This document shows, in pieces, positions 49,068-58,780 of a DNA stretch of 64,000 nucleotides. The position numbers were made by a program, and so were the translations under genes. Where the stretch lies: contig JAHQWG010000033.1 of the NCBI GenBank assembly GCA_029856045.1, positions 64,001 through 128,000 on the forward strand, read 5' to 3'. Within the stretch, counting starts at the first letter, position 1. Every line of letters begins with the position of its first letter. The notes beneath the pieces were generated by a model. That model searched no databases. It had not been told where the DNA came from and was given only the letters and a program-made list of their open reading frames with translations. Source of the stretch: Promethearchaeia archaeon. Its GTDB lineage: Archaea; Asgardarchaeota; Lokiarchaeia; Sigyniarchaeales; SOKP01.

Positions 49068-50120
49068 ATGTCGGAAAAAGAAATGTCAGAATCAAGAGAG
49101 ATAAAAACTAAAAGATATTATTGGATAGATCATGCAAGAGGGTTTATAATGATTTGGCTAGTTGTTGCTTTATTTCTTCCTATATGGATTACTGAAGGTC
49201 CAGCACGATTTTTTCTTGCACATCCAGAAAATCAACGAACTACAACTCTTATGAATCTATATGATGTTGGTGTGCCTGCATTCATTTTTATTATGGGTTT
49301 TCTTATGCCAATATCATTTACCAGAAGAAAAGAAAGAGATGGAGTAAAAAAAACAGTTATACATATGATTATACGCTATGGTATTATTTTAGGACTTGGA
49401 TTACTTATTTTTATCGTGGATGGAGGTTATTTAATAAAAGAGAGTGGTGGCGAATGGGTATTAATTGCTGGAATTCCTGTTATTCGATGGGACGTTCTTC
49501 CCTCGCTAGGTCTTGTAGGTTTAATAACTATACCCTTTCTTTGGTTAAAACCTAAATTTCGGAGTATTGTAGCTGCAATATTATTAATTTTTTATCAAAT
49601 TATGTTATTATTTGGCGGTTGGCGTGAGTATGCAATTGAATCTATTCATGGTGGTATTCTAGGAACTATATTTGGTTTATCTGTAGTTATGATTTGGGCA
49701 ACGTGCTTTGGTGAATTATTACTAATTAATGATAAATTAACGGAAAAAAGGAAATATCAAATTTATGCTCTTGGAGGGATCGTTTGTCTAATAGTCGGAT
49801 TATTAATAATGCTAATTCCAGAATGGTACCCCAATAAACGTCAAATTACACTAACATATATATTGATAAGTACCGGTGTAACGATTTTAGGCTCATTTTT
49901 GTTTATTGGAATTGATAAAAAACTACAGAAACCAATATTCATTTTAGATAGTTATGGAAAAAGTCCTTTTCTAATTTACGTAATCAGTGTTGTAATAGAA
50001 TTCTTAATAGTAGATCTTATCGGTTATGAAATGGATCTATTGGTGGCTATTCCAATGATTATAGTTGTTTCGGTAATTGCTATTCTCCTCGACAAAAAGG
50101 GAAAAATTATAAAATTATAA
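49068..50120 (+). CDS. Membrane acyltransferase, HGSNAT/DUF1624-like
   Basis: RYYWIDHARGF, DVGVPAFIFIMG, WDVLPSLG, PNKR, YGKSPFLIY. Confidence 0.78.
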   Translation: MSEKEMSESREIKTKRYYWIDHARGFIMIWLVVALFLPIWITEGPARFFLAHPENQRTTTLMNLYDVGVPAFIFIMGFLMPISFTRRKERDGVKKTVIHMIIRYGIILGLGLLIFIVDGGYLIKESGGEWVLIAGIPVIRWDVLPSLGLVGLITIPFLWLKPKFRSIVAAILLIFYQIMLLFGGWREYAIESIHGGILGTIFGLSVVMIWATCFGELLLINDKLTEKRKYQIYALGGIVCLIVGLLIMLIPEWYPNKRQITLTYILISTGVTILGSFLFIGIDKKLQKPIFILDSYGKSPFLIYVISVVIEFLIVDLIGYEMDLLVAIPMIIVVSVIAILLDKKGKIIKL

Positions 50121-50393
50121 ATTTTAATTTCTTTTTCTTATTTTGTGTTTAAATCAAAATACGCAATTTATTGAATAGGATGCAGCAATGTCTTGTGTAG
50201 GTATTATACAAATATTCACTTGGTTGTCACCTGTTATAAGAAGATACAAAGAATTAAAAGCATATAACCTGGTCCTTGTTTTATCTTATAAAAATCATAA
50301 AAAAGTATTCATTAATATGGTATTAGGATACCTTTATGAATAATAATAGAGAGAAAGCGTAAAATTTAAATTTTTTTTTACTATTTTCCTTTT

Positions 50394-51116
50394 ATGCTTT
50401 CAATAATTGCCGTAGTTATCAATAATCTTGAGGTTACTCAGAGATTTATATCAAGTATTAAGCAGTATACAATAGAAAAATATGAACTTATTCTTATTGA
50501 TAATGGTTCGACGATTAAGAAAGCTATTAACTATTTTAAGAGAGTAGCAAACATTTATTTTCGATTTGATAAAACGATTGATTTAGCAAAAGCATGGAAT
50601 AAAGGTATTAGTTTGTCTAAAGGAAATTACATTGCTGTTGTTAATAATGATATAGTAGTTCCACCAAATTGGTTTGAACCATTAAAAGAAGTGCTTGATA
50701 CACATAATAAGGCAGGTATGGTAAGTCCAATTACCTATTGGTTAATTAGAGACGGTTATTTTTTATATAAAGGGTTAAAAAATTTTGATAAAACCTTTAG
50801 CAAACCATTTAAACTTAAAAAATTTAAAGATTTAGTATGGGGTGAGTTTTGTCTATTCAAAAAGCAAGCATTAAAGGATGTTGGTGGCTACTGTGAACTA
50901 TATCGAAAATTTAGTGGGGAAGATTTAGAAATGTGTTTCCAACTTTATTCAAAAGGATATGAAATTTATGTTGATCCGCGAGTTTTTGTATATCATCAAG
51001 GTAAAGCATCACAAATACCAGAGATCATAGTTAAAGAAGAAAGAGATAAAATAGATCAAGAAAATTTTGAATTATTTAAGTCAAGATGGCCTAAATATAC
51101 AAAAGGTTGGAAATGA
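50394..51116 (+). CDS. Glycosyltransferase family 2
   Basis: LILIDNGS, AWNKG, VVNNDI, EDLEMC, VYHQG. Confidence 0.9.
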   Translation: MLSIIAVVINNLEVTQRFISSIKQYTIEKYELILIDNGSTIKKAINYFKRVANIYFRFDKTIDLAKAWNKGISLSKGNYIAVVNNDIVVPPNWFEPLKEVLDTHNKAGMVSPITYWLIRDGYFLYKGLKNFDKTFSKPFKLKKFKDLVWGEFCLFKKQALKDVGGYCELYRKFSGEDLEMCFQLYSKGYEIYVDPRVFVYHQGKASQIPEIIVKEERDKIDQENFELFKSRWPKYTKGWK

Positions 51117-51195
51117 TTATTTTTTTTACATTTAAGATTTTGGAAAAATACTTTAAATTTGACTGAAACTCTGAAATATTTAATTTTCTTCATTT

Positions 51196-51834
51196 TTACT
51201 TTTTAATCTTCATTTTCTCCATTTCTATTCTTCTTTTAACAATTTCAGCAATGTTTTTGGCGAAATCTATACCATCCACCATTTCATAAAATTTTTCAAG
51301 AAATTTTATTTCTACTTGATAATGTAGTTTGTGATGTTCAGCTATTAAAAATGAAAATGGGTTTAAATCGGTAAAAGGAGCGGATTTGATTCTTGGTAAA
51401 GTTGTTTCTTTTAAAAATTTTAGATTATCCTCTCTAGCTTCAATTTGTTTTTTAATCAACTTGAGAATTTTTCGTTTGTTAAGCATTAATAAAAATGGCA
51501 TAACTGAATCAATATCAAAATAGTAATCTTGAATGAATTCAAGCTGATTTGTCAATTGATTAATAGTTTCAGCTCTACCTTTCGGAGTGAATTTATAAAC
51601 CATTCTTTCAGGTCTATTTGAATCTTTTATTGTTGTACTTTCAAAAAAACCTTCTTTATCGAGTTGTTTCAAATGATAATAGAATGAAGCTTGAGATGCT
51701 TTAATGTAGTTTTCAAAATGCCATTCTTTTGCGATCTTCCCTAATTCATATCCAGAAATCTCATCACCCTCAAATAAAGTAATTAAACCTAAGATAAATG
51801 TCCTAAGGGGTGAACTTTTAGAATTTTTTTTCAT
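51196..51834 (-). CDS. PadR family transcriptional regulator
   Basis: ILGLI..SGYEL..ASFYYHLKQLDKEG..RPERMVYKFTPKG. Confidence 0.9.
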   Translation of the reverse strand: MKKNSKSSPLRTFILGLITLFEGDEISGYELGKIAKEWHFENYIKASQASFYYHLKQLDKEGFFESTTIKDSNRPERMVYKFTPKGRAETINQLTNQLEFIQDYYFDIDSVMPFLLMLNKRKILKLIKKQIEAREDNLKFLKETTLPRIKSAPFTDLNPFSFLIAEHHKLHYQVEIKFLEKFYEMVDGIDFAKNIAEIVKRRIEMEKMKIKK

Positions 51835-51874
51835 ATGTATCCACTTTATATATGTTTTTTTTTCTTATTAAATA

Positions 51875-51932
51875 TACTTAAATTTGAATACTTTAATATA
51901 AATAGTCAAGTTTAAATATTTAAATTTGATTA
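51875..51932. promoter_or_regulatory. Three imperfect 16-bp palindromes; putative PadR operators
   Basis: TACTTAAATTTGAATA (51875), TAGTCAAGTTTAAATA (51903) and TATTTAAATTTGATTA (51917), all near the palindrome TATTCAAATTTGAATA. Confidence 0.45.
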
Positions 51933-51991
51933 CTATATTTATAATATTTTTTGAAAAATTAAAATAAAAATTTACAAATTGAGAGGTAAAG

Positions 51992-52567
51992 TTGATTTTG
52001 ACTATAAATGTAATAGGGAATTACAATAAAAATCTTAAAATAAAAGATCTCGAAAGTTTGGAAAAAAATCCAAAAGATTGGTCTTGGAAAGATTTCATTT
52101 CTTCATTTTTTTGGGGTCCATTGATACTCATTCAATTTATACAATCTTTTTTTGTTTATAATTTTTTAAACATTGACTTACTATGCCTTCTTGGATGGAT
52201 CATTTGGATATTTAGTCTTTTCTTCGGTTTTATGCCTTTTTATGAATTTAAAAAGAAAGGTGGTGTAACAAAGGGTGATAGTTATATTAAAACTACAAAA
52301 CTCGTTGATACTGGAATTTATGCTATTGTTCGGCATGGTCAATATCTAGCAGGGATACTGTGGAGTTTTGCATTAATTTTAATAACTCAACACTGGTTTA
52401 ACCTATTATGTGGCATCCCAGTGATGATTGGAATTTATTATGATATGTTTAGGGCAGATAAAGAATTAATAATGAAATTTGGAGATAATTATATGGATTA
52501 TATGAAAAAGGTTCCAAGAGCAAATTTTATATGGGGTATCGTTAAGTATCTTTACCGAAAAAGATAA
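51992..52567 (+). CDS. Isoprenylcysteine carboxylmethyltransferase / PEMT family membrane methyltransferase
   Basis: LVDTGIYAIVRHGQY, L..KFGDNYMDYMKKVPR. Confidence 0.85.
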   Translation: MILTINVIGNYNKNLKIKDLESLEKNPKDWSWKDFISSFFWGPLILIQFIQSFFVYNFLNIDLLCLLGWIIWIFSLFFGFMPFYEFKKKGGVTKGDSYIKTTKLVDTGIYAIVRHGQYLAGILWSFALILITQHWFNLLCGIPVMIGIYYDMFRADKELIMKFGDNYMDYMKKVPRANFIWGIVKYLYRKR

Positions 52568-52635
52568 TGCTTTTTTTAAAAAAAATATTATCCATTTTTT
52601 TTTTATAAACTGGAATTATTAGGATTTAATTTCAA

Positions 52636-53418
52636 TCATAACTCACGTAGATTAAAAATAAAGTATGATAAAATAAAATCAAACCCTATATAGATTAATT
52701 GAATAGAAATATTTGTTATTATCGATGGAGTTAGCCATATTCGCATATATATAAAAAAAGTAGATTCATAATATCTTAAATCTGGAAAATTGAAAATTTG
52801 TACATTCATACTTCCGTGATAAGTTATTAAATATATAGGTTCTACATATGGAAGAAACAACGTTAGGAAAGTCGAAATTGTACTAAATCCTACAAAAAGC
52901 AATAGGAATGAAATTATAATTGAAAATGAAACTGATCTCATAAATGAACTGATTGCTAAAATAAAGGTTGAAACCGCGATTCCATATAAAAGTGTAAATA
53001 AATATGATAAGAAAAATTCAAATGATATTTGCTGAAAAAAAATTAAACCAAGTATTAAATAATATATGTAATAAATTGTTAAAACACTAAGAAATAAAAT
53101 TAGATTTCCTAAAAATTTACCAGCTATCAGTTTAAGTTTGTTTATCTTTGGAAATAATATTAAATAAGTTTTATATTGAAATTCTTCGGCAATTATCGCT
53201 CCAAAAAAGAAAAATGATGCAAAAATTATTATATAGTTGATAAAACCTAATTGAGTGGATGCAAAATCATTAAAGGTATCTTGCAATAAATCTGGATTGA
53301 CAAGATATGGAATTAATCCTGATAATGTAATTAAAGCTAAACTAATTAATGTAAAAAGATAGAAACGACCTTTATGGCGTTTCAATTCAAATAATAATGT
53401 AATGGAGGTTTGACTCAT
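52636..53418 (-). CDS. ABC-2 type transporter permease
   Basis: Six TM helices, IIAEEFQYKT..LIAGKF; overlaps the ATPase gene by 4 bp. Confidence 0.85.
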   Translation of the reverse strand: MSQTSITLLFELKRHKGRFYLFTLISLALITLSGLIPYLVNPDLLQDTFNDFASTQLGFINYIIIFASFFFFGAIIAEEFQYKTYLILFPKINKLKLIAGKFLGNLILFLSVLTIYYIYYLILGLIFFQQISFEFFLSYLFTLLYGIAVSTFILAISSFMRSVSFSIIISFLLLFVGFSTISTFLTLFLPYVEPIYLITYHGSMNVQIFNFPDLRYYESTFFIYMRIWLTPSIITNISIQLIYIGFDFILSYFIFNLREL

Positions 53419-54485
53419 AATTGACCCTTTTTATTTTGATTTTTATATTCTAAATCTTTACGTCGCTTAACTTCATCTCTTTTTATTAAAGCCATATAAA
53501 TACTTTCTAATTGATATGTTTTTGGTGTAAAAAATGAGGTTATTTTTAAATTAGTTTCTTTTATTAAAGTCGTTAATATTTTGTTTTGAGTATCTTCTTT
53601 TCCATCATATAATATTTTGAGCCCTTTAACGGAAGGATCATATAGAATATGATGTTGTTGATTTGTGTAAGTAGAAGCCTCAACTAAATAAGATTTTAAT
53701 TTATCTTCCAACATCGAAAGAATGGAACCTACATATTCAGATTCAATTGGATCTAATAGAAGGCATTTAATCTCATGCATTGGCAACTTTTTTTCAAGCT
53801 CAGATATTTTATCAAATTCTAATAGTATACCACGATTAATAAGAGCGATTTTATCGCAAACTTCAGATATTTCGTATAACATATGAGACGCAAGAAATAT
53901 TGTTTTCCCATTCTTCTGAAGATCCTTAAGAATATTTCTAATATCTACGCGTGCTTTTGGATCTAACCCAATTTGGGGTTCATCTAATACAACTATTTGC
54001 GGATCATGAATTAAGGCTTGAGCTAAACCTAATTTTTGTTTCATTCCTTTTGAAAAAATTTTCACCTTTTGATGTTTCCACTCGAATAAATCAATCAGTT
54101 GTAGTACTTCATCAATTCTAGATTCGACCATATTTTTAGGGTAATTTTGTAATTTTGCAAAATATTTTAGAAGTTCATAAGCAGTTATACCCTCATAAAA
54201 ACTAGGAATATCAATAAGAAATCCGCTTTTATTTAGAATATTTGGATTAGTAACAACATCTTGTAATTTATTATTTTTATCTTTAAGCAAAATCCGCCCT
54301 TGAGAAGGAGTTAAAATATTAGCTAGCATTTTTATCGCAGTTGTTTTCCCAGCTCCATTGGGTCCAACTAATCCAATTATCTCACCTTCATATACTTCCA
54401 AATTTAAATTATCTACAGCTCTAATTTGACCAAAATCTTTAGTCAGATTTTCAAATTTGATTAAAGGAATTTCACTAATTGTCAT
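53415..54485 (-). CDS. ABC transporter ATP-binding protein
   Basis: GPNGAGKTT, FSKGMKQKL, VVLDEP, ASHML. Confidence 0.96.
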   Translation of the reverse strand: MTISEIPLIKFENLTKDFGQIRAVDNLNLEVYEGEIIGLVGPNGAGKTTAIKMLANILTPSQGRILLKDKNNKLQDVVTNPNILNKSGFLIDIPSFYEGITAYELLKYFAKLQNYPKNMVESRIDEVLQLIDLFEWKHQKVKIFSKGMKQKLGLAQALIHDPQIVVLDEPQIGLDPKARVDIRNILKDLQKNGKTIFLASHMLYEISEVCDKIALINRGILLEFDKISELEKKLPMHEIKCLLLDPIESEYVGSILSMLEDKLKSYLVEASTYTNQQHHILYDPSVKGLKILYDGKEDTQNKILTTLIKETNLKITSFFTPKTYQLESIYMALIKRDEVKRRKDLEYKNQNKKGQL

Positions 54486-55333
54486 TAAAACCCTTTTGAT
54501 TTTATTTTTTCGTTTAAAATTCTATAACGTTTGATTAATATAATAATTGTTGAGAAAATTGTTATAATTATTACACTTATAAGAGGAAAACTGGGTATAG
54601 CAGGAAATGTAATTTCTTTAATTTCAAATCCATCAAAATACATTTTATATGAGATAGATTCAAATGGGTATTGAAAATTTTTTCCTAAATAAATAAAACC
54701 AGTATTACTTCCTCCAATAGTATATTCTTGGAAATCTTGGAGATCTTCAAGTGCATAACTTACAGCCCCTATAGAATAATTATTTATTTCCAAGATTTTA
54801 GATTTATCTAAATAAATTAAGATATCATTACTCCAAAATTTAATATTAAAGTAATACCAGGTGTTGTTTATTAATTCAGCTGAGCTATAAGCACTTGAAA
54901 AAGAAGTAAAAGTATAATTATATGAGGCAGAAATAATATTTGTGGTGTTTAACCATAGTTTGAAATCTTTCTCTATTGTAAATATGTTTGGGTCGTGAAT
55001 GTATACTATATCAACTGGGGTAATAGAGTTAATTGATTCAAAGAAGAACCAAAAATTTATCTCTTTCTCAAATAAACTGTGATTGTAATCAAAAATTGCA
55101 TATGACAAATTATCATCAATATCTTTTGAAACATTTAAAGAATTTTGTCCCGAATTTTTATATTCTTCTGTTATGCTACAATTCGATAAAGTCCAGTCAT
55201 CTGGGATCGTTTCAAAATCTTGATAATAGGGAATATAATTAAAGAAATGATTAATTAATGTTGCCATAAAAAGGGTTGAAATGAAACTAATTAATGTAAT
55301 GACAATTAAGATTTTAGTTGTTTTTCTTTTCAT
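54485..55333 (-). CDS. Secreted ConA/LamG-like surface protein with C-terminal Loki-CTERM-like anchor
   Basis: N-terminal signal helix, DFET..W, NNTWYY, MYFDGFEI, then AIPSFP + TM helix + basic tail. Confidence 0.6.
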   Translation of the reverse strand: MKRKTTKILIVITLISFISTLFMATLINHFFNYIPYYQDFETIPDDWTLSNCSITEEYKNSGQNSLNVSKDIDDNLSYAIFDYNHSLFEKEINFWFFFESINSITPVDIVYIHDPNIFTIEKDFKLWLNTTNIISASYNYTFTSFSSAYSSAELINNTWYYFNIKFWSNDILIYLDKSKILEINNYSIGAVSYALEDLQDFQEYTIGGSNTGFIYLGKNFQYPFESISYKMYFDGFEIKEITFPAIPSFPLISVIIITIFSTIIILIKRYRILNEKIKSKGF

Positions 55334-55483
55334 GTAAAAATCATTTTTATTTTCAGATATTCTAAGTTAATATTAGGTAATAATTTATTTTAATAATTAT
55401 TAAATTTAAAGATTCTAATACAAAATAAAGATTTTATAAATTAATATAGTAATTTCCATTTTAATAAAAAAAAAGATGATATT

Positions 55484-56962
55484 TTGACAAAGACTTACGA
55501 AGAAATCAATAAAAAAATTGAAAATGGTGAAGCAGTTGTAGTCACTGCTGAGGAGATGATCAATATTGTTGAACAAAAAGGCATTAAAGTAGCTGCAGAG
55601 GAAATCGATGTAGTTACAACGGGAACATTTGGTGCGATGTGTTCCAGTGGGGCTTTTCTAAATTTTGGAGATTCAGATCCTCCTATCAAATTTGAACACT
55701 TATGGTTGAATGGTGTTCATGCATACCATGGAAATGCTGCAGTTGATTGCTATATCGGTGTAACCCGCATGAATGATAAGAGTCCATTCGAATATGGTGG
55801 TGGGCATGTGATTGAAGATTTAGTTAGTGAAAAACCAATTCATTTAAGAGGGACATCTTATACTACTGATTGCTATCCAAAAGAAGAAGTTGACACATAT
55901 ATTACTTTAGATGATTTAAATCAAGCGATATTATGTAATCCACGAAACGCCTATCAGAGGTATAATTGTGCAGTAAATAGTTCAAATCGTACCTTATATA
56001 CATATATGGGTAAACTTCTACCAAATTTTGGAAACGCTACGTTTTCTGGTGCTGGATGTTTAAATCCTTTATGTAATGATCCTGACTATGAGACTATTGG
56101 AATTGGAACAAGAATTTTTTTAGGGGGAGGTATTGGATACGTTATTGGTGAAGGAACTCAGCATAATCCAACAAAAAGGCTAGGATCCTTATTTGTTAAA
56201 GGTAATCTGAAGCAAATGAGCGCGAATTATTTGAAAGGAGTTAATTTCGAAAAATATGGAACTAGTATTTATATTGGTTTGGGAATTCCAATTCCGATTT
56301 TAAATGAAAATATGGCGAGAAAAACTTCAATTAAAGATGAAGATATTAAGACAGAAATTGTAGATTATGGCATCCCAAGAAGAAAAAAACCAGTGTTAAA
56401 GGAGGTAAATTATAAAGAATTAAAAAGCGGAACCATCGAAATAAAAGGTAAGAAAGTTAAAGTGTCTTCACTTTCATCCTTATTTATGGCAAGAAAGATT
56501 GCAAATGAATTAAAAATTTGGATTGAAAAGGGAAAATTTTTCTTGAATCCACCTGCTGAAAGACTTCCAAGAGAAACGGTATTTAAACCAATGAAAGAAG
56601 TAAAAACACAAAAATTTGTAAAAGATATCAAAAAACAGGCTATAATATGCCATTTAAATGATAGTATTAATAACGTTGCAAGGAAAATTATTGAAGAAAA
56701 TGAAAATCATGTTGCAATAATTGATGATGATGGTATTTTAAAGGGAATAGTTACAAGTTTTGATATCACTCGTGCTATTGCTGAAAATAAAAAAGTTTTA
56801 TCAGAAATTATCACAAAAAAAGTAATTACTACCACAGATGATGAACCTATCGATATTGCTGCAAGAAAAATGAGAGTTAATAATATCAACGGACTTCCAG
56901 TAATTGATAAATATATGAGAGTAATTGGATTAATAACTTCGGAGGAATTATTGTTAAAATGA
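55484..56962 (+). CDS. L-aspartate semialdehyde sulfurtransferase (MA1821-like homocysteine biosynthesis protein) with a CBS pair
   Basis: DVVTTGTFGAMCSSGAFLNFG, YGGGHVIEDL, NPRNAYQRY, IGIGTRIFLGG, GEGTQH; C-terminal CBS domains. Confidence 0.92.
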   Translation: MTKTYEEINKKIENGEAVVVTAEEMINIVEQKGIKVAAEEIDVVTTGTFGAMCSSGAFLNFGDSDPPIKFEHLWLNGVHAYHGNAAVDCYIGVTRMNDKSPFEYGGGHVIEDLVSEKPIHLRGTSYTTDCYPKEEVDTYITLDDLNQAILCNPRNAYQRYNCAVNSSNRTLYTYMGKLLPNFGNATFSGAGCLNPLCNDPDYETIGIGTRIFLGGGIGYVIGEGTQHNPTKRLGSLFVKGNLKQMSANYLKGVNFEKYGTSIYIGLGIPIPILNENMARKTSIKDEDIKTEIVDYGIPRRKKPVLKEVNYKELKSGTIEIKGKKVKVSSLSSLFMARKIANELKIWIEKGKFFLNPPAERLPRETVFKPMKEVKTQKFVKDIKKQAIICHLNDSINNVARKIIEENENHVAIIDDDGILKGIVTSFDITRAIAENKKVLSEIITKKVITTTDDEPIDIAARKMRVNNINGLPVIDKYMRVIGLITSEELLLK

Positions 56963-57354
56963 CAATTATAAATATTAACATTCCAGTTAGAATAATTGAC
57001 AGCATTAAGGATTATGCTAAAATAATCCAAGATGTTGTGAAAATGAACATTTCTTTTGATATTCTTAAATTTTCCACGACACCAAAAGGAATAACTTTAA
57101 TAATTGATGTTCCTTCTGAAAAAGTGAGCCAAATTAATGAAGCTTTCAAAAAGGAAGGAATTATTGTAGAAAGAAAGAGTACAGTTTGTGTAGATAATGA
57201 GCTTTGTATTGATTGCGGTGCCTGCATCTCATTATGTCCTACTGGAGCACTTCATTTAAAAAATAATGATGAGTTAGAATTTACTAAGGAAAAATGTATA
57301 GGATGTTTGATTTGCCTTGATTCTTGTCCAAGAAGCGCAATTAAAGAAACTTAA
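56959..57354 (+). CDS. NIL-like plus 2x4Fe-4S ferredoxin (MA1822-like partner)
   Basis: CIDCGACISLCP and CIGCLICLDSCP; 4-bp overlap with the upstream gene. Confidence 0.85.
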   Translation: MTIININIPVRIIDSIKDYAKIIQDVVKMNISFDILKFSTTPKGITLIIDVPSEKVSQINEAFKKEGIIVERKSTVCVDNELCIDCGACISLCPTGALHLKNNDELEFTKEKCIGCLICLDSCPRSAIKET

Positions 57355-57430
57355 AATTTTTATCTCTTGCTTAATTATATTATTTAATTATTTGATTTTG
57401 TTCGATTTAATTTTAGAATAAGAATAGGGA

Positions 57431-58216
57431 ATTACTATTTATAAAAAAATAATTTGTTTTGCAGGAAAGGGTGGTGTAGGAAAATCTACTCTTGCTGTTC
57501 TTTTTTTAAAATATTTAATCTCTAAGTTTCCAAAACAAAAAAACCTTATGATAGATGCAGATCCTGATGCTAATATCTCAGATCTGATAAATAAACAAAT
57601 TAGTTTTAGAGATACGATTGCTGGAATAATTACAGAATTAGGTAGAAAATTAGAAAGAAAAGAAATACCTCCATATTTGTCGGAAAAATCTTTAGTAGAG
57701 GAAGAAGTATTTAGACATATTATTCCATTTAATAACTTCGATCTCATAACATTGGGGAGATCAGAAGGAGAGGGTTGTTATTGCTCTATTAACAATATTC
57801 TAAAACATCTGATGAAGATTTTAGCTGAAAATTATAAAATTACTATTATTGACTCTCCTGCTGGTTTAGAATTTTTCGCGAGAAAAATTTCTGTAAATGT
57901 AGATGATTTGATTTTAGTTACTGACCCAAGTAAAATGAGTTTTCACACATTACAGAGAGTTATTGAAGTGAAAGATGAAGTTAGTCTAGAATTTAAAAAT
58001 ATATGGGTCTTGGGTAATCGATTTAATGGAAAAATCAAAAACCTATTCATAGAAAGGTTTGAAAAAAATTTAGGGAATCACATGAAATTGCTCGGCTTTT
58101 TTAGTAATAGCGATGAAATTCAAGAATTTAACTTAAATAATAAATCTTTACTTGAACTACCAGAAAATAGTTTTGCGTATAAAGAAGCTATTAAAATATA
58201 TTCCAAGATTTTTTAA
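57431..58216 (+). CDS. CooC/AcsF-like MinD-family ATPase; true start lies upstream of the ORF-track ATG at 57548
   Basis: In-frame upstream IICFAGKGGVGKST Walker A, then IDADPDAN, EGEGCYC, IIDSPAGLE. Confidence 0.88.
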   Translation: MTIYKKIICFAGKGGVGKSTLAVLFLKYLISKFPKQKNLMIDADPDANISDLINKQISFRDTIAGIITELGRKLERKEIPPYLSEKSLVEEEVFRHIIPFNNFDLITLGRSEGEGCYCSINNILKHLMKILAENYKITIIDSPAGLEFFARKISVNVDDLILVTDPSKMSFHTLQRVIEVKDEVSLEFKNIWVLGNRFNGKIKNLFIERFEKNLGNHMKLLGFFSNSDEIQEFNLNNKSLLELPENSFAYKEAIKIYSKIF

Positions 58217-58293
58217 TTTATTTTAACATTTTAAAATCCTTTTTTGACTTCTCGATAAATAATATAATTGAAATAAAATACTACTCTATTTTA

Positions 58294-58716
58294 TTAAACG
58301 ATTTCAGGAAGAATTGCATTATTTGGACAATTTTTAAAGCATTTTAAGCAATTAAAGCATTTAGAGACGGACTGTTTTTTAAAGCCAATTGATTCTTCTC
58401 CAGTTAAATCATCTTTTTTGAGGTAAAATAAATTTTGAAAACAGAAATCAGTCTCAAGACAGAGTTTGCATAATGTGCATTTATCTGAATTAATATTAAA
58501 GCCAATTAAATGACCTTGTTTAATTGAGATGACTTCAATAGCACCATGTTCGCAGATGTCTACACATTTTAAGCAGCCTTTGCATTTGTTATAATCTACA
58601 TATCGCAGTGAATTATTAAAAAAAATGGCCTTAGATGGGCATCTTAATTCACACCGTTCACATCGAACACACAAATTTGAATTAGTGCTAATTGGAAATA
58701 ATTTTTCATCTTCCAT
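58294..58716 (-). CDS. Polyferredoxin (four 4Fe-4S-type motifs)
   Basis: CVRCERCELRCP, CKGCLKCVDIC, CTLCKLC..C, CFNCLKCFKNCP. Confidence 0.88.
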   Translation of the reverse strand: MEDEKLFPISTNSNLCVRCERCELRCPSKAIFFNNSLRYVDYNKCKGCLKCVDICEHGAIEVISIKQGHLIGFNINSDKCTLCKLCLETDFCFQNLFYLKKDDLTGEESIGFKKQSVSKCFNCLKCFKNCPNNAILPEIV

Positions 58717-58780
58717 TTTAATTAAATTTAAATGTTTAAGTTGTCTTCATAAATAATTTAACTTCATTTAATAAATAATT

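Noticed and set aside
50188-50343. About 51-codon ORF (MSCVGIIQ..) between the acyltransferase and GT2 genes
   Set aside because: No recognisable motif or homology; may be a gene remnant but cannot be supported
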